From NCBI RefSeq assembly GCF_034519795.1, contig NZ_JAXHOB010000022.1, positions 8,650-72,649 of the forward strand: a stretch of 64,000 nt of DNA, written 5' to 3'. The position numbers and the translations under genes are program-made. The notes beneath the pieces are model-generated. The model was given only the letters and a program-made list of their open reading frames with translations, did not search any database and had not been told where the DNA came from. Every line of letters starts with the position of its first letter. The stretch's first letter is position 1. This DNA is from Acidovorax sp. (lineage in GTDB: Bacteria; Pseudomonadota; Gammaproteobacteria; Burkholderiales; Burkholderiaceae_C). Shown in pieces: positions 12,561-22,583 of the stretch.

Positions 12561-14693
12561 GTGCGCAAGCAGGGCCCAGCAGGAGCGCCCTCCGGCCATG
12601 CGCCCGGGGCCGGCACGGGTGCGGTGGAGAAAGCCTATTCCTGGCGCCTGCACCGCATTCTGGTGCTGTACATCACCGGGGTGTTCGGCTTCCTGGCCCT
12701 CATGACCTGGGCCGAGCACCAGGGGCTGTCGCGCCACTGGATCGGGCCGATCTTTCTGTTCCTCACCGTCATGGTGTATGCCGGCATCGGCGTCTATGGC
12801 CGCACTTCGGACCCCGAGGAGTATTACGTCGCCGGCAGGCGCATTCCGCCCATGTACAACGGCATGGCGGCTGCGGCCGACTGGATGAGCGCGGCCTCGT
12901 TCATCAGCCTCTCGGGGGCGCTGTACCTGCAGGGGTTTGCGGGCACGCCCGGCCAGCCCGGCGGCCTGGCCTACCTGCTGGGCTGGACGGGGGGCTTTTG
13001 CCTGGTGGCGATGCTGATCGCACCGCACCTTCGGGCCATGGGCCTGTACACCGTGCCCGATTTCTTCCACGTGCGTTTTGGCGGGCGCTGGCCCCGTGTG
13101 ATCGCGGCGCTGGCGGCCGTGCTGTGCTCCTTCACCTATGTGGTGGCGCAGATCTACGGCGTGGGGCTGATCGCCTCGCGCCTCACGGGCGTGCAGTTCG
13201 AGATCGGCATCATGCTCGGCCTGGGCGGGGTGCTGCTGTGTTCCTTTCTGGGCGGCATGCGCGCTATCACCTGGACCCAGGTGGCGCAGTACGTGGTGCT
13301 GCTGCTGGCCTTTCTGATCCCCGTGTCCTGGCTGGCCTACAAGCAACTGGGCAGCCCGCTGGCGCCCCTGGTGTACGGTGCGCAGATCACCAAGATCGCC
13401 GACCTGGAGGCGCAGTTGCTCGACTCGCCCGCCGAGCAGCAGGTGGTGCAGGTCTACCGCCAGCGTGCGCAGGAGTTCGAAGAGCGCCTGAAGGACGTGG
13501 AGGGGGCCCTGGAGCGCGAACGCGAGAAGGGGCGCGAGCGCATCCGCACGCTGCGCGCGCAGAACGCCGACGTCGGCCTGATCGTGCTGGCCAGCCGCGA
13601 CCTGGCGGCGCTGCCGCGCGACCCTGCCGCTGCGCGCGAGCGCTGGACGCGCGAGATGCAGGAGAACATCGAGCGCACGCGCCCGCTCGGGGGCCTGCCG
13701 CTGCACAGCCAGGCCTTTGCGGGCGACCCCGATGGCACGCCCGAGGAACAGCGCGAGTTCGACCTGAGCCGGCGCAACTTCATGGCGTTGATGTTCTGCC
13801 TGATGGTGGGCACGGCCGGGCTGCCGCACCTGCTCACGCGCTACTACACCTCGCCCACCGTGTCGGGTGCGCGGGCCTCGGTGGGCTGGTCCCTGTTCTT
13901 CATCGCCCTGCTGTACCTGAGTGCGCCGGCGCTCGCGGTGCTGGTCAAGTTCGAGGTCATGCACAACCTGGTGGGCAGCAGCTTCGAGGCGCTGCCCAAC
14001 TGGATGGCCCAATGGGCGCGGGTGGATGCCTCGCTGCTGTCCATTGAGGACGTCAATGGCGACGGCATCGTGCAGTTCGGCGAGATCCGCCTGGGGGCCG
14101 ACCTGATCATGCTGGCCACGCCCGAACTCGGCGGTCTGCCCTACGTGGTCTCGGGCCTGGTGGCGGCGGGCGGGCTGGCGGCGGCGCTGTCCACGGCGGA
14201 TGGGCTGCTGCTCACCATCAGCAATGCGCTGGTGCGCGACCTGTACTTCCAGGGGTCGGACCGCGAGGCCTCGCCCGAGCAGCGCGTGATCCTCACCAAG
14301 TTTGCGCTGCTGGCGGTGGCGCTGTCGGCGGCCTTCGTCGCGGCGCTCAAGCCGGCCGAGATCTTGCCTATGGTGTCGGCCTCGTTCTCGCTGGCGGCCT
14401 CGGCCTTCGTGCCGGTGATGGTGCTCGGTATCTTCTGGCGCGGCACCACGCGCCAGGGGGCGGTGGCGGGCATGCTCTCGGGCCTGGGCGTGGCGGTGTA
14501 CTACATGCTCTCGCATGTAGGCGCCGTGAAGGCGCTGCTGCCGGCCTGGCTGCTGGCCGATGGGCTGTGGTTCGGCATCCAGCCCATCTCGGCCGGGGTG
14601 TTCGGCGTGCCGACGGGCTTGCTGGTGGCGCTGGTGGTCAGTCGCATCACGCGGCCTGCGCCTGAGTTGCCGCGCGTGCGCGTGGAGATGTAG
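12561..14693 (+). CDS. Sodium:solute symporter, ActP/VC_2705-like
   Basis: YYVAGR..NGMAAAADWMSAASF, GTAGLPH, AAALSTADGLLL; exact start uncertain (GTG 12561). Confidence 0.9.
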   Translation: MRKQGPAGAPSGHAPGAGTGAVEKAYSWRLHRILVLYITGVFGFLALMTWAEHQGLSRHWIGPIFLFLTVMVYAGIGVYGRTSDPEEYYVAGRRIPPMYNGMAAAADWMSAASFISLSGALYLQGFAGTPGQPGGLAYLLGWTGGFCLVAMLIAPHLRAMGLYTVPDFFHVRFGGRWPRVIAALAAVLCSFTYVVAQIYGVGLIASRLTGVQFEIGIMLGLGGVLLCSFLGGMRAITWTQVAQYVVLLLAFLIPVSWLAYKQLGSPLAPLVYGAQITKIADLEAQLLDSPAEQQVVQVYRQRAQEFEERLKDVEGALEREREKGRERIRTLRAQNADVGLIVLASRDLAALPRDPAAARERWTREMQENIERTRPLGGLPLHSQAFAGDPDGTPEEQREFDLSRRNFMALMFCLMVGTAGLPHLLTRYYTSPTVSGARASVGWSLFFIALLYLSAPALAVLVKFEVMHNLVGSSFEALPNWMAQWARVDASLLSIEDVNGDGIVQFGEIRLGADLIMLATPELGGLPYVVSGLVAAGGLAAALSTADGLLLTISNALVRDLYFQGSDREASPEQRVILTKFALLAVALSAAFVAALKPAEILPMVSASFSLAASAFVPVMVLGIFWRGTTRQGAVAGMLSGLGVAVYYMLSHVGAVKALLPAWLLADGLWFGIQPISAGVFGVPTGLLVALVVSRITRPAPELPRVRVEM

Positions 14694-14935
14694 CGCCGCA
14701 CTGCGCCCGGCGAAGCGGTTCTGGTCAGGCAGCCCGGCAGCACGACAAGACGCAGCAACGGCGCCAGAAGCGCTTTGGGGCCGGTCCCAATCGGCACAGG
14801 TCGCAGGGGCATGGAAAAACCCGACTTTTCAAGGCGCCCTAATCGTGACACTCTGTAAACCGGCTTCCACGGGAGGTGGTGAATGGGCTGTGCGCAGTCT
14901 GCGATGGGCAATATCAAAGAATACGGGGGAGGGTC

Positions 14936-15478
14936 ATGGTTTTGGTCAAAACGCAGGCGGGGCAGGACGCACTCAAGGACCGCCAGGGTGGTTTGACATC
15001 GCGGCAGCGCTCCGCCTTCATCCTGTTCGATGGCAAACGCTCCACGGGCGAGGTGCTGGCGGCCACGGCGGCCATGGGCATCACGCAGGACGACGTGCAG
15101 GCCATGATCGCCCTGGGCCTGCTGGAGCCGCAGTCCGGCAGCGGCGCAGGCGCTGCCGTGGCTGCAGCCGCCGCCAAGGGCACGGGACAGGCGGTGGCAA
15201 CTGCCAATGCCGTGTCGTCGGCCTCAAGTACCTCGTACGAAGCCACCGTGGCCATGGAGGCCGTGCAGGGCAGTGGCCGCTCGGACCAGCAGCGCTACAC
15301 GGATGCCTATCCGATTGCCACCGAACTCACCGCCGGCCTGGGCTTGCGTGGCTTTCGCCTGAACCTGGCGGTGGAGGGCGCGGGCAGCTTCTCCGACCTG
15401 GCCGCGCTGGCCCCCAAGATCCGCGAGGCGGTGGGGGATGCGAAGTTTGCGCGCTTCGACAAGGCCCTTTTTGACTGA
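14936..15478 (+). CDS. Hypothetical protein
   Basis: RBS GGAGG before ATG 14936; host-like codon usage; no function recognised. Confidence 0.75.
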   Translation: MVLVKTQAGQDALKDRQGGLTSRQRSAFILFDGKRSTGEVLAATAAMGITQDDVQAMIALGLLEPQSGSGAGAAVAAAAAKGTGQAVATANAVSSASSTSYEATVAMEAVQGSGRSDQQRYTDAYPIATELTAGLGLRGFRLNLAVEGAGSFSDLAALAPKIREAVGDAKFARFDKALFD

Positions 15479-15499
15479 GGGCCGTGACAGCCGGCCATG

Positions 15500-15522
15500 A
15501 AAAAGCGGCCCGCAGGCCGCTT
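15500..15522 (-). terminator. Intrinsic terminator downstream of FKBP gene
   Basis: AAGCGGCC-cgca-GGCCGCTT stem with A-tract on + strand (U-tail on -). Confidence 0.7.
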
Positions 15523-15554
15523 GGTCGTTCAGGTGGTGCCCGAAAGCGCTTGCC

Positions 15555-15914
15555 TCAGCGGCCGACCTTGAGCAGTTCCACGTCGAACTTGAGCGTGGCG
15601 TTCGGCGGGATCACGCCGCCAGCGCCGCGTGCGCCATAGCCCAGGGCGGCAGGGATGATCAGCGTGCGCTGGCCGCCGATCTTCATGCCCTGCACACCTT
15701 CGTCCCAGCCCTTGATGACCATGCCGGCACCCAGCGAGAACTCGAAGGGGTCGTTGCGGTCACGGCTGGAGTCGAACTTGGCGCCTTGTTCGCCGTTGTT
15801 GTAGAGCCAGCCGGTGTAGTGCACCGATACGTTCTGGCCCTTGGTGGCTTCTGCGCCTTCGCCTACGGTGGTGTCTTCGTACTGCAGGCCGGATGCGGTG
15901 GTGGTGAACGCCAT
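15555..15914 (-). CDS. FKBP-type peptidyl-prolyl cis-trans isomerase
   Basis: VHYTGWL, FDSSRDR, VIKGWDEG, LGYG..GAGGVIPPNATLKFDVEL. Confidence 0.95.
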   Translation of the reverse strand: MAFTTTASGLQYEDTTVGEGAEATKGQNVSVHYTGWLYNNGEQGAKFDSSRDRNDPFEFSLGAGMVIKGWDEGVQGMKIGGQRTLIIPAALGYGARGAGGVIPPNATLKFDVELLKVGR

Positions 15915-16026
15915 GAAAATCCTTGTTTGCTATGGAGTTGGTAGCGGTATGCCGTGGTATTGCAACGGAAAAACGCCGGTTGAAGGGTGTTGGTGGAGGG
16001 CGCTGGCCCTGGCGAACGGCCTGATT

Positions 16027-16341
16027 TTACGCGGCTGGCTTCTTCACGCGGCTGGCCACCCAGCGCGTGGCGAAGGCCTGCACGTCGCTCAGGCGCTTGA
16101 GCAGGTCGGTGCCCGAGGGGGTGACGGTGTAGCCGTCGCTGCCGTGGTCGACCAGGCCGGCCTCGCGCAGTTCCTTGATGCGGGTGTTGAGCGTGTTGGG
16201 GGTGATGCCGCCCACGCTGTCCTGCAGCAGCCGAAAGGTCTGGGGGTGTCCGTCACGCAGGGCCCACAGCACACGCAGCGCATAGCGGCATTCCAGCCGC
16301 TCGAACAGCTGGTTGATGGCGAAATTTTCCTTGGAGCTCAT
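16027..16341 (-). CDS. HxlR-family winged-helix regulator
   Basis: 104 aa from ATG 16341; LRVLWAL..FRLLQ..GITPNTLNTRIKELREAGLV..YTVTPSG. Confidence 0.8.
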   Translation of the reverse strand: MSSKENFAINQLFERLECRYALRVLWALRDGHPQTFRLLQDSVGGITPNTLNTRIKELREAGLVDHGSDGYTVTPSGTDLLKRLSDVQAFATRWVASRVKKPAA

Positions 16342-16584
16342 ACAAGCTTCTCCTCGCGCGGTGTGTATGGAAAACAGTGGCGGCCCGCCGGACACTGCCC
16401 GCAAGACGCCGCCAATATAGCTTGGAAACGATTTTGCTACAAGTTTAATAGCTCTGAACGCAGCGCTGACATGCGCCAACCCCATTAACAGGGGGTCTTT
16501 TTTGCGAAGTGTTGCGGCACTGCCACGGCGTGCAAGAGCCGGTAGCATCCCGGGCATCGGGCTGCGTTGCCCTGCGAGGAATCC

Positions 16585-17451
16585 ATGGAACACAAGCACT
16601 TGCACGAGGCCAACCGGCTGTCCTGGAACGCCGCCACGCGTGCCCACAACCGCCACAAGGGCGACCAGGCCGTCTTTTTCCGGAATGGCGGATCGCCGCT
16701 GTTTGCGGAGGAAACCGCGCTGCTCGGCGACCTGCACGGCCAGGCCGTGCTGCACCTGCAGTGCAATGCCGGGCAGGACAGCCTGGGCATCGCCCGCCTG
16801 GGCGCCCGGGTCACTGGTGTGGACATCTCGGACGAGGCGATTGCCTTCGCCCGGGCGCTGTCCGATGCCAGCGGCATTGCCGCCGAGTTCGTGCGCTCGG
16901 ATGTGTACGACTACTTCGACGGGCTGGCGGCCTCGGCAGGGCCGGGTGGGCTGTTCGACACCGTGTTCAGCTCCTACGGCACCATCTGCTGGCTGTCGGA
17001 CCTGGCGCGCTGGGCACGCGGCATCAGGGCGGCGCTGCGACCGGGCGGGCGCTTCGTCTTCGTGGAATTCCACCCCGCCGCGCTGGTGTTCGATCCACAG
17101 TGGCAGGCCCGCTACGACTACTTCAACGAGGCACCGGTGCACGAGGCCGGGGTGGGCGACTATGTGGGCGAGACCCAGACGGCGCGCGAAGGGCAGGAGG
17201 CGGCAACGCCCGAGGTTTTCGCCAACCCCCACCCCAGCCACGAGTTCGCCTGGGGCGTCGGCCGTGTGGTGACGGCGCTACTGGCCGCGGGCCTGCAGGT
17301 CGAGGCGCTCGAGGAGTACCCGTACATGAATGGCTGGCGCGCCTTCGGGGACATGCAGGACCTGGGCGGGCGGCGCTGGGGCATGCCCGCCGGCATGGCG
17401 CGCATGCCGCTGATGTACTCCCTCGTCGCGCGCCGGCCGGCAGCGGCCTGA
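16585..17451 (+). CDS. Class I SAM-dependent methyltransferase
   Basis: Motif I VLHLQCNAGQDSL, VTGVDIS, FDTVFSSYG, LRPGGRF; RBS GAGGA. Confidence 0.88.
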   Translation: MEHKHLHEANRLSWNAATRAHNRHKGDQAVFFRNGGSPLFAEETALLGDLHGQAVLHLQCNAGQDSLGIARLGARVTGVDISDEAIAFARALSDASGIAAEFVRSDVYDYFDGLAASAGPGGLFDTVFSSYGTICWLSDLARWARGIRAALRPGGRFVFVEFHPAALVFDPQWQARYDYFNEAPVHEAGVGDYVGETQTAREGQEAATPEVFANPHPSHEFAWGVGRVVTALLAAGLQVEALEEYPYMNGWRAFGDMQDLGGRRWGMPAGMARMPLMYSLVARRPAAA

Positions 17452-17475
17452 ACGGCGCTCGCAAGGCTGCGCGGC

Positions 17476-18372
17476 TCAGCCGCGCGCTGCCAGGTGGTCC
17501 ACCAGCAGGCGGGCCGCCGGGGTCAGTGCCTGCGGGCTGCGCCAGCAGATGGCAAAGCGGCGGTCGGCCCAGGGGTCTGACAGGTCGATGATGCGCATCG
17601 GCGCGGTCTGGGCAAAGGACGCGGCCACCTCGCGCGGCACCACGCTGATGGCCAGGTTGGCGCGCACCACGCGCAGGGCGGCGTCGAAGTTGGAGACCTG
17701 CACGCGGTGCGCCATGGCCTTGCCCTCCACGGCGGCGGCCCGGGTCAGCAGCAGTTGCACGGCGCTCAGGGCGGGCATGCTCACGAACTCGTGGTCCAGC
17801 ACGTCGGCAAAGCGCACGCTCGTCTGCTGCGCCACCGGGTGGCTGGCATGGGCCACGATGGCCAGGTGGTCGTGGCGGTAGCTGCAGGTGGCCAGGCCCG
17901 TGAGGTCGGCCGCATCCCAGCAGATGCCGATGGAGGCGCTGCCCTCGCGGATGCCGCGCACCACGTCGGGGCTCACGCGTTCCTCCATGCTGATCTGGAT
18001 GTCGCGGTGGGCGGGATCCTGCAAAAAGGCCGCCACGTCTTCGGCCAGCGATTCGGCCAGCACCGAGGCCGTCGCCAGCACCCGCACATGGCCCCGGATG
18101 CCGGTGGCAAAGGCGGCCATGTCGCGCTCGATCTGGCCCACGCTGACGAGCATGGCGCGTGCGTGCTCCAGCAGGGTTTCGCCCGCCAGTGTGGGCACCA
18201 TGCCATGGCGCTTGCGCACCAGCAGTGCTGTGCCCACGGTGTCTTCCAGTTGCGCCAGCCGCTTGCTCACAGCCGAGCCGACGATGGACTCCTGCTCGGC
18301 CGCGCGCGCAATGTTGCGGTGCTCGCAGACGGCGACGAAGAGTTTGAGGGTTTGCAGGTCGAGCGGGCGCAT
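17476..18372 (-). CDS. LysR-family transcriptional regulator
   Basis: N-terminal HTH LDLQTLKLFVAVCEHRNIARAAE..SAVSKRLAQLE. Confidence 0.92.
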   Translation of the reverse strand: MRPLDLQTLKLFVAVCEHRNIARAAEQESIVGSAVSKRLAQLEDTVGTALLVRKRHGMVPTLAGETLLEHARAMLVSVGQIERDMAAFATGIRGHVRVLATASVLAESLAEDVAAFLQDPAHRDIQISMEERVSPDVVRGIREGSASIGICWDAADLTGLATCSYRHDHLAIVAHASHPVAQQTSVRFADVLDHEFVSMPALSAVQLLLTRAAAVEGKAMAHRVQVSNFDAALRVVRANLAISVVPREVAASFAQTAPMRIIDLSDPWADRRFAICWRSPQALTPAARLLVDHLAARG

Positions 18373-18390
18373 GGTGGTGCTTCTCCAGAT

Positions 18391-18405
18391 ATTCCGGTTC
18401 GGAAT
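18391..18405. promoter_or_regulatory. Putative LysR recognition site (T-N11-A)
   Basis: ATTCCG-gtt-CGGAAT palindrome in the AT-rich divergent intergenic region next to the LysR start. Confidence 0.5.
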
Positions 18406-18466
18406 TTTAGGAGTTCCAAAATTGAGTTCATATGTCGTGGTGGAATTTTTAGAATACCTCCACGCC

Positions 18467-19432
18467 ATGAACACCGCTCACAACACCATGAACCCTGTGC
18501 CCGCGACCGCCGTCATCCGCGAGGTCGGCCTGCGCGATGGCCTGCAGAGCATTGCCACCATCGTCTCCACCGCGCACAAGATCGAGTGGCTTGATGCGGC
18601 CCATGCCGCTGGCCAGCGCGAGATCGAGGTCGGCTCCTTCGTGCCCGCACGCCTCCTGCCCCAACTGGCCGACACGGCCGAGGTGCTGGCGCATGCGCTC
18701 ACGCTGCCCGGCCTCACTGCCTCGGTGCTGGTGCCCAACCTCAAGGGCGCCGAGCGCGCCATCGAATGCGGCGCCCACCTGATGGTGGTGCCCCTGTCGG
18801 CCAGCCATGCCCACAGCCTGGCCAATCTGCGCAAGACACCCGACGAGGTGGTGGCCGAGGTGGCGCGCATCCGCGCGGCACGCGACGCCTCGGGCAGCCG
18901 CACGCTGATCGAGGGCGGTGTGGGCACGGCCTTCGGGTGCACGCTGCAGGGCGAGGTGGCCCAGAGCGAGGTGCTGCGCCTGATGCAGGCCCTGCTGGAC
19001 GCCGGTGCCGACCGCGTGAGCCTGGCCGACACCGTGGGCTATGCCGACCCGGCCGGCGTGCAGCGCCTGTTCGAGAAGGCCCGCGCCCTGGTGGGCGAGC
19101 GTCTGGCCTGCGCGCACTTCCACGACACGCGTGGCATGGGCCTGGCCAACGCCTACGCCGCATGGCAGACCGGCATCACGCGCTTCGATGCCTGCCTGGC
19201 CGGCATTGGCGGCTGCCCGCATGCGCCCGGCGCCAGTGGCAATGTGACCACCGAGGACCTGGCCTTCATGCTCGAACGCATGGGGGTCGCCACCTGCCTG
19301 GATGTGCCCGCGCTGCTGGCCCTGCGCCAGCGCGTGCAGGGCTGGCTGGCCGGTGAGACCTTGCACGGCACGCTGTGGCAGGCGGGGCTGCCACGTACCC
19401 ATGCAGCCGCTGCGGCACTGGCGGTGGCCTGA
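18467..19432 (+). CDS. Hydroxymethylglutaryl-CoA lyase family protein
   Basis: DRE-TIM motif EVGLRDGLQ, HFHDTRG, GIGGCPHAPGASGNV.TED. Confidence 0.9.
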   Translation: MNTAHNTMNPVPATAVIREVGLRDGLQSIATIVSTAHKIEWLDAAHAAGQREIEVGSFVPARLLPQLADTAEVLAHALTLPGLTASVLVPNLKGAERAIECGAHLMVVPLSASHAHSLANLRKTPDEVVAEVARIRAARDASGSRTLIEGGVGTAFGCTLQGEVAQSEVLRLMQALLDAGADRVSLADTVGYADPAGVQRLFEKARALVGERLACAHFHDTRGMGLANAYAAWQTGITRFDACLAGIGGCPHAPGASGNVTTEDLAFMLERMGVATCLDVPALLALRQRVQGWLAGETLHGTLWQAGLPRTHAAAAALAVA

Positions 19433-19452
19433 ACCATTTATCGTCACGACCC

Positions 19453-20673
19453 ATGAATGCTCCTTTGAACCCTTCTTCTGTCCCTGCCCCCGCGCTGCCC
19501 CTGGCCGGCCTGCGCGTGGTGGAATTCACCCACATGGTCATGGGCCCCACCTGCGGCATGGTGCTGGCCGACCTGGGCGCCGAGGTCATCAAGGTCGAGC
19601 CGGTGGATGGCGACCGCACGCGCCACCTGCTGGGCGCGGGGGCCGGCTTCTTCCCCATGTTCAACCGCAACAAGAAGAGCATTGCGCTGGACCTGCGCAC
19701 GCCCGAAGGCCTGGAGGTGGCGATCCGCCTGGCTTCGTCGGCCGACGTGGTGGCGCAGAACTTCAAGCCCGGGGTGATGGCCAAGTACGGCCTGGACTAT
19801 GCCGCGCTGTCGCGCCTGAACGAGCGCCTGGTCTATGTGAACCACACGGGCTTTCTGCCCGGCCCGTACGAGCACCGCACCGCGCTCGACGAGGTGGTGC
19901 AGATGATGGGCGGCCTGGCCTACATGACGGGGCGCCCCGGCGACCCGCTGCGCGCGGGCACCAGCGTCAACGACATCATGGGCGGCATGTTCGGCGCCAT
20001 CGGTGCCATGGCGGCGCTGATGCAGCGCGCGGCCACCGGGCGCGGGCAGGAGGTCGATTCGGCCCTGTTCGAGAACAATGTCTTCCTGGTCGGCCAGCAC
20101 ATGATGCAGTACGCCGTGACGGGCCAGCCCGCCGCGCCCATGCCCGAGCGCATCTCCTCCTGGGCGGTGTACGACGTGTTCAGCGTGAAGGACGGCGGGC
20201 AGATCTTCCTGGCTGCCGTGAGCGATGCGCAGTGGGCCACGTTCTGCAATGCCATGGGCTATACCGACCTCAAGGCCGACCCGGCGCTGGCCCTGAACAA
20301 TGACCGCGTGCGCGCCCGCGGCACCCTGCTGCCCGATCTGCGCCGGCGCCTGGCGCTGCACACGGCCGAGGAGCTGTCGGCCATCTTCGAGCGCCACGGC
20401 CTGCCGTTCGCGCCCATCATGCGTCCCGAGCAGCTGTTCGACGACCCGCACCTGAACGCCACCGGCGGCCTGGCCGACATCACGCTGCCCGACGGCGAGC
20501 GTGCCGGCAGCACGGCGCGCGTGACGCTGCTGCCGCTGCGCATGGACGGCCAGCGCATGGCGGTGCGCACGGACCCACCGAAGCTGGGCCAGCACACGGC
20601 CGAACTGCTCGCCGGCCTGGGCTACACCGCCGACCAGGTGCAGGCATTGCAGGCGGCCGCCGCCGTGGCCTGA
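19453..20673 (+). CDS. CaiB/BaiF (family III) CoA-transferase
   Basis: PLAGLRVVEF..MGP...LADLGAEVIKVE, NRNKKSIALDL, PPKLGQHT. Confidence 0.92.
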   Translation: MNAPLNPSSVPAPALPLAGLRVVEFTHMVMGPTCGMVLADLGAEVIKVEPVDGDRTRHLLGAGAGFFPMFNRNKKSIALDLRTPEGLEVAIRLASSADVVAQNFKPGVMAKYGLDYAALSRLNERLVYVNHTGFLPGPYEHRTALDEVVQMMGGLAYMTGRPGDPLRAGTSVNDIMGGMFGAIGAMAALMQRAATGRGQEVDSALFENNVFLVGQHMMQYAVTGQPAAPMPERISSWAVYDVFSVKDGGQIFLAAVSDAQWATFCNAMGYTDLKADPALALNNDRVRARGTLLPDLRRRLALHTAEELSAIFERHGLPFAPIMRPEQLFDDPHLNATGGLADITLPDGERAGSTARVTLLPLRMDGQRMAVRTDPPKLGQHTAELLAGLGYTADQVQALQAAAAVA

Positions 20674-20754
20674 TTTCACCCCCCCCTGCCTGGCGGCATG
20701 AGCGCAGCAGCCGTCTGCGCGCTGCCCGGCGGTTCACCCCCCAGGAGACAAAGC

Positions 20755-21735
20755 ATGCACGCACTTTCTTCGACCACCCGCCGATGCGCCCTGGCCCTGG
20801 GCGCTGCTGCGCTCGCGGCACCGGGCCTGGCGCTGGCCCAGCTGGGCGACAAGCCCTTGCGCATCATCCTGCCGCTGTCGGCTGGCTCGGGCGCGGATGG
20901 CGCCATCCGCGCCATCAGCAGCAGCCTGTCCAAGGCGCTGGGCCAGCCCGTGGTGATCGAGAACCTGCCCGGTGCGGGGGGCATCACCGGCACCACGCAA
21001 CTGGTGCGGGCACCCAAGGATGGCTCGGTGATCGGCGTGGTCTCCAACAACCACGTGGTCAACCCCAGTGTGTACAAGAACATCCCGTTCGACTCCATCG
21101 AGGACATCACGCCCATCACCATCATCGGCGCCACGCCCTTCGTGCTGGTGGTCCACCCCTCGGTGCCGGCGAAGAACGTCAAGGAACTGATCGCCCTGGC
21201 CAAGGCCAAGCCGGGCGTGCTCAACTATGGCTCATCGGGCAACGGCACCATCCTGCACCTGGGTGCGGCGATGTTCGTGGACCAGGCGCAGCTCGACATC
21301 AAGCACATCCCTTACAAGGGCATGGGCCCGCTCATGAACGACATCCTGGGCGGGCAGGTGCAGCTCGGTGTGGTCGCGGTGGCGCCGGCCGCTGCGCACA
21401 TCAAGGCCGGCGCGCTGCGGGCGCTGGGCGTGAGCACCGCCACGCGCGTGCCCACGCTGCCCGACGTGCCGACCATTGCCGAGCAGGGGCTGCCGCGCTA
21501 CGAGCTCGACGGCTGGATCGCTGCCGTGGCGCCTGCGGGCATCCCCAAGGCGGAACTGGTGCGTCTGCACAGCGGTTTCAAGAACGCGCTGGCCATGCCC
21601 GAGGCGCGCGACGCGCTGATCGCCCAGGGCTATGAGATCCGGCTCACAGCGCCCGAAACATCCACCGCCTTCATGCGCAGCGAACTGGCGCGCATGGCGC
21701 AGGTGGTGAAGAACGCGAACGTGAGCATGGATTGA
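20755..21735 (+). CDS. Bug/TctC tripartite tricarboxylate transporter substrate-binding protein
   Basis: PVVIENLPGAGG, YGSSGNG, HIPYKG, PDVPTIAEQG; RBS AGGAG. Confidence 0.92.
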   Translation: MHALSSTTRRCALALGAAALAAPGLALAQLGDKPLRIILPLSAGSGADGAIRAISSSLSKALGQPVVIENLPGAGGITGTTQLVRAPKDGSVIGVVSNNHVVNPSVYKNIPFDSIEDITPITIIGATPFVLVVHPSVPAKNVKELIALAKAKPGVLNYGSSGNGTILHLGAAMFVDQAQLDIKHIPYKGMGPLMNDILGGQVQLGVVAVAPAAAHIKAGALRALGVSTATRVPTLPDVPTIAEQGLPRYELDGWIAAVAPAGIPKAELVRLHSGFKNALAMPEARDALIAQGYEIRLTAPETSTAFMRSELARMAQVVKNANVSMD

Positions 21736-21843
21736 AATGAAGCCACCTTGCGCAGTCGCTTCGCGGCGTCGCCCTGGAGGGCAAGCGCTGGCGGGGCAGG
21801 GTGGTGCCGTGTCCCGGCCGCTTCCCGAGGTAAAGATGGTTCA

Positions 21844-21862
21844 AATGCAAATGGTTTTCATT
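21844..21862 (+). promoter_or_regulatory. Putative Fur box upstream of PepSY-TM operon
   Basis: AATGCAAATGGTTTTCATT resembles the AATGAGAATnATTCTCATT-type Fur site; TAGAAT -10-like hexamer just downstream. Confidence 0.65.
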
Positions 21863-21933
21863 CTCTTCAACTAGAATCCTGGTTTCCCATCCCCGCGCGA
21901 CGCCTTCGGCGTGTTGCGCGCACCCCTCCAGGA

Positions 21934-22566
21934 ATGACCAAACCACAGGACAACCGGCGCCGTTCCTACTGGCTCAAGACGCTGCACGAATGGCATTGGG
22001 TCAGCTCGGCCATGTGCCTGATCGGCATGCTGCTGTTTGCCGTCACGGGTTTCACGCTCAACCATGCCGGGCAGATCGAGGTCAAGCCCCGGGTGGTGAG
22101 CCAGCAGGCCACCGTGCCCGGTGCGCTGCTGGCCACCGTCAAGGCCGCACCGCCACCGCCCAAGGACCGGGGGCCGCTGCCCGCTGCGCTGCAGGACTGG
22201 GCGCGCGCGCAGTGGTCGCTGGACACGGCGGACCGCGAGGCCGAGTGGTCGGCCGACGAAATCTATGTCTCGCTGCCGCGCCCCGGCGGCGATGCCTGGT
22301 TGCGTGTGAGCCTGGCCGACGGCGAGGCCGAGTACGAGCGCACCGACCGCGGCTGGATCTCCTACCTCAACGACCTGCACAAGGGCCGCAACACGGGGGC
22401 CGCCTGGAGCTGGTTCATCGACATCTTCGCCGCCGCCTGCCTGGTGTTCACCGTCACCGGACTGTTCATCCTGAAGATGCATGCGGGCAACCGCCCCTTC
22501 ACCTGGCCCATGGTGGGCATGGGGCTGGTGATCCCGGTGGTGCTGGCGCTCCTGTTTATCCACTGA
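21934..22566 (+). CDS. PepSY-associated TM-helix membrane protein
   Basis: LHEWHWVSSA..LFAVTGFTLNH, LNDLHKGR..G.AWSWFID. Confidence 0.85.
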   Translation: MTKPQDNRRRSYWLKTLHEWHWVSSAMCLIGMLLFAVTGFTLNHAGQIEVKPRVVSQQATVPGALLATVKAAPPPPKDRGPLPAALQDWARAQWSLDTADREAEWSADEIYVSLPRPGGDAWLRVSLADGEAEYERTDRGWISYLNDLHKGRNTGAAWSWFIDIFAAACLVFTVTGLFILKMHAGNRPFTWPMVGMGLVIPVVLALLFIH

Positions 22567-22583
22567 ACCGAAAGAAGACAAGA

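Noticed and set aside
14694-14935. Possible CRP/FNR-like site (CGTGA-N6-GTAAA) upstream of the hypothetical gene
   Set aside because: Only one weak half-site; not supportable
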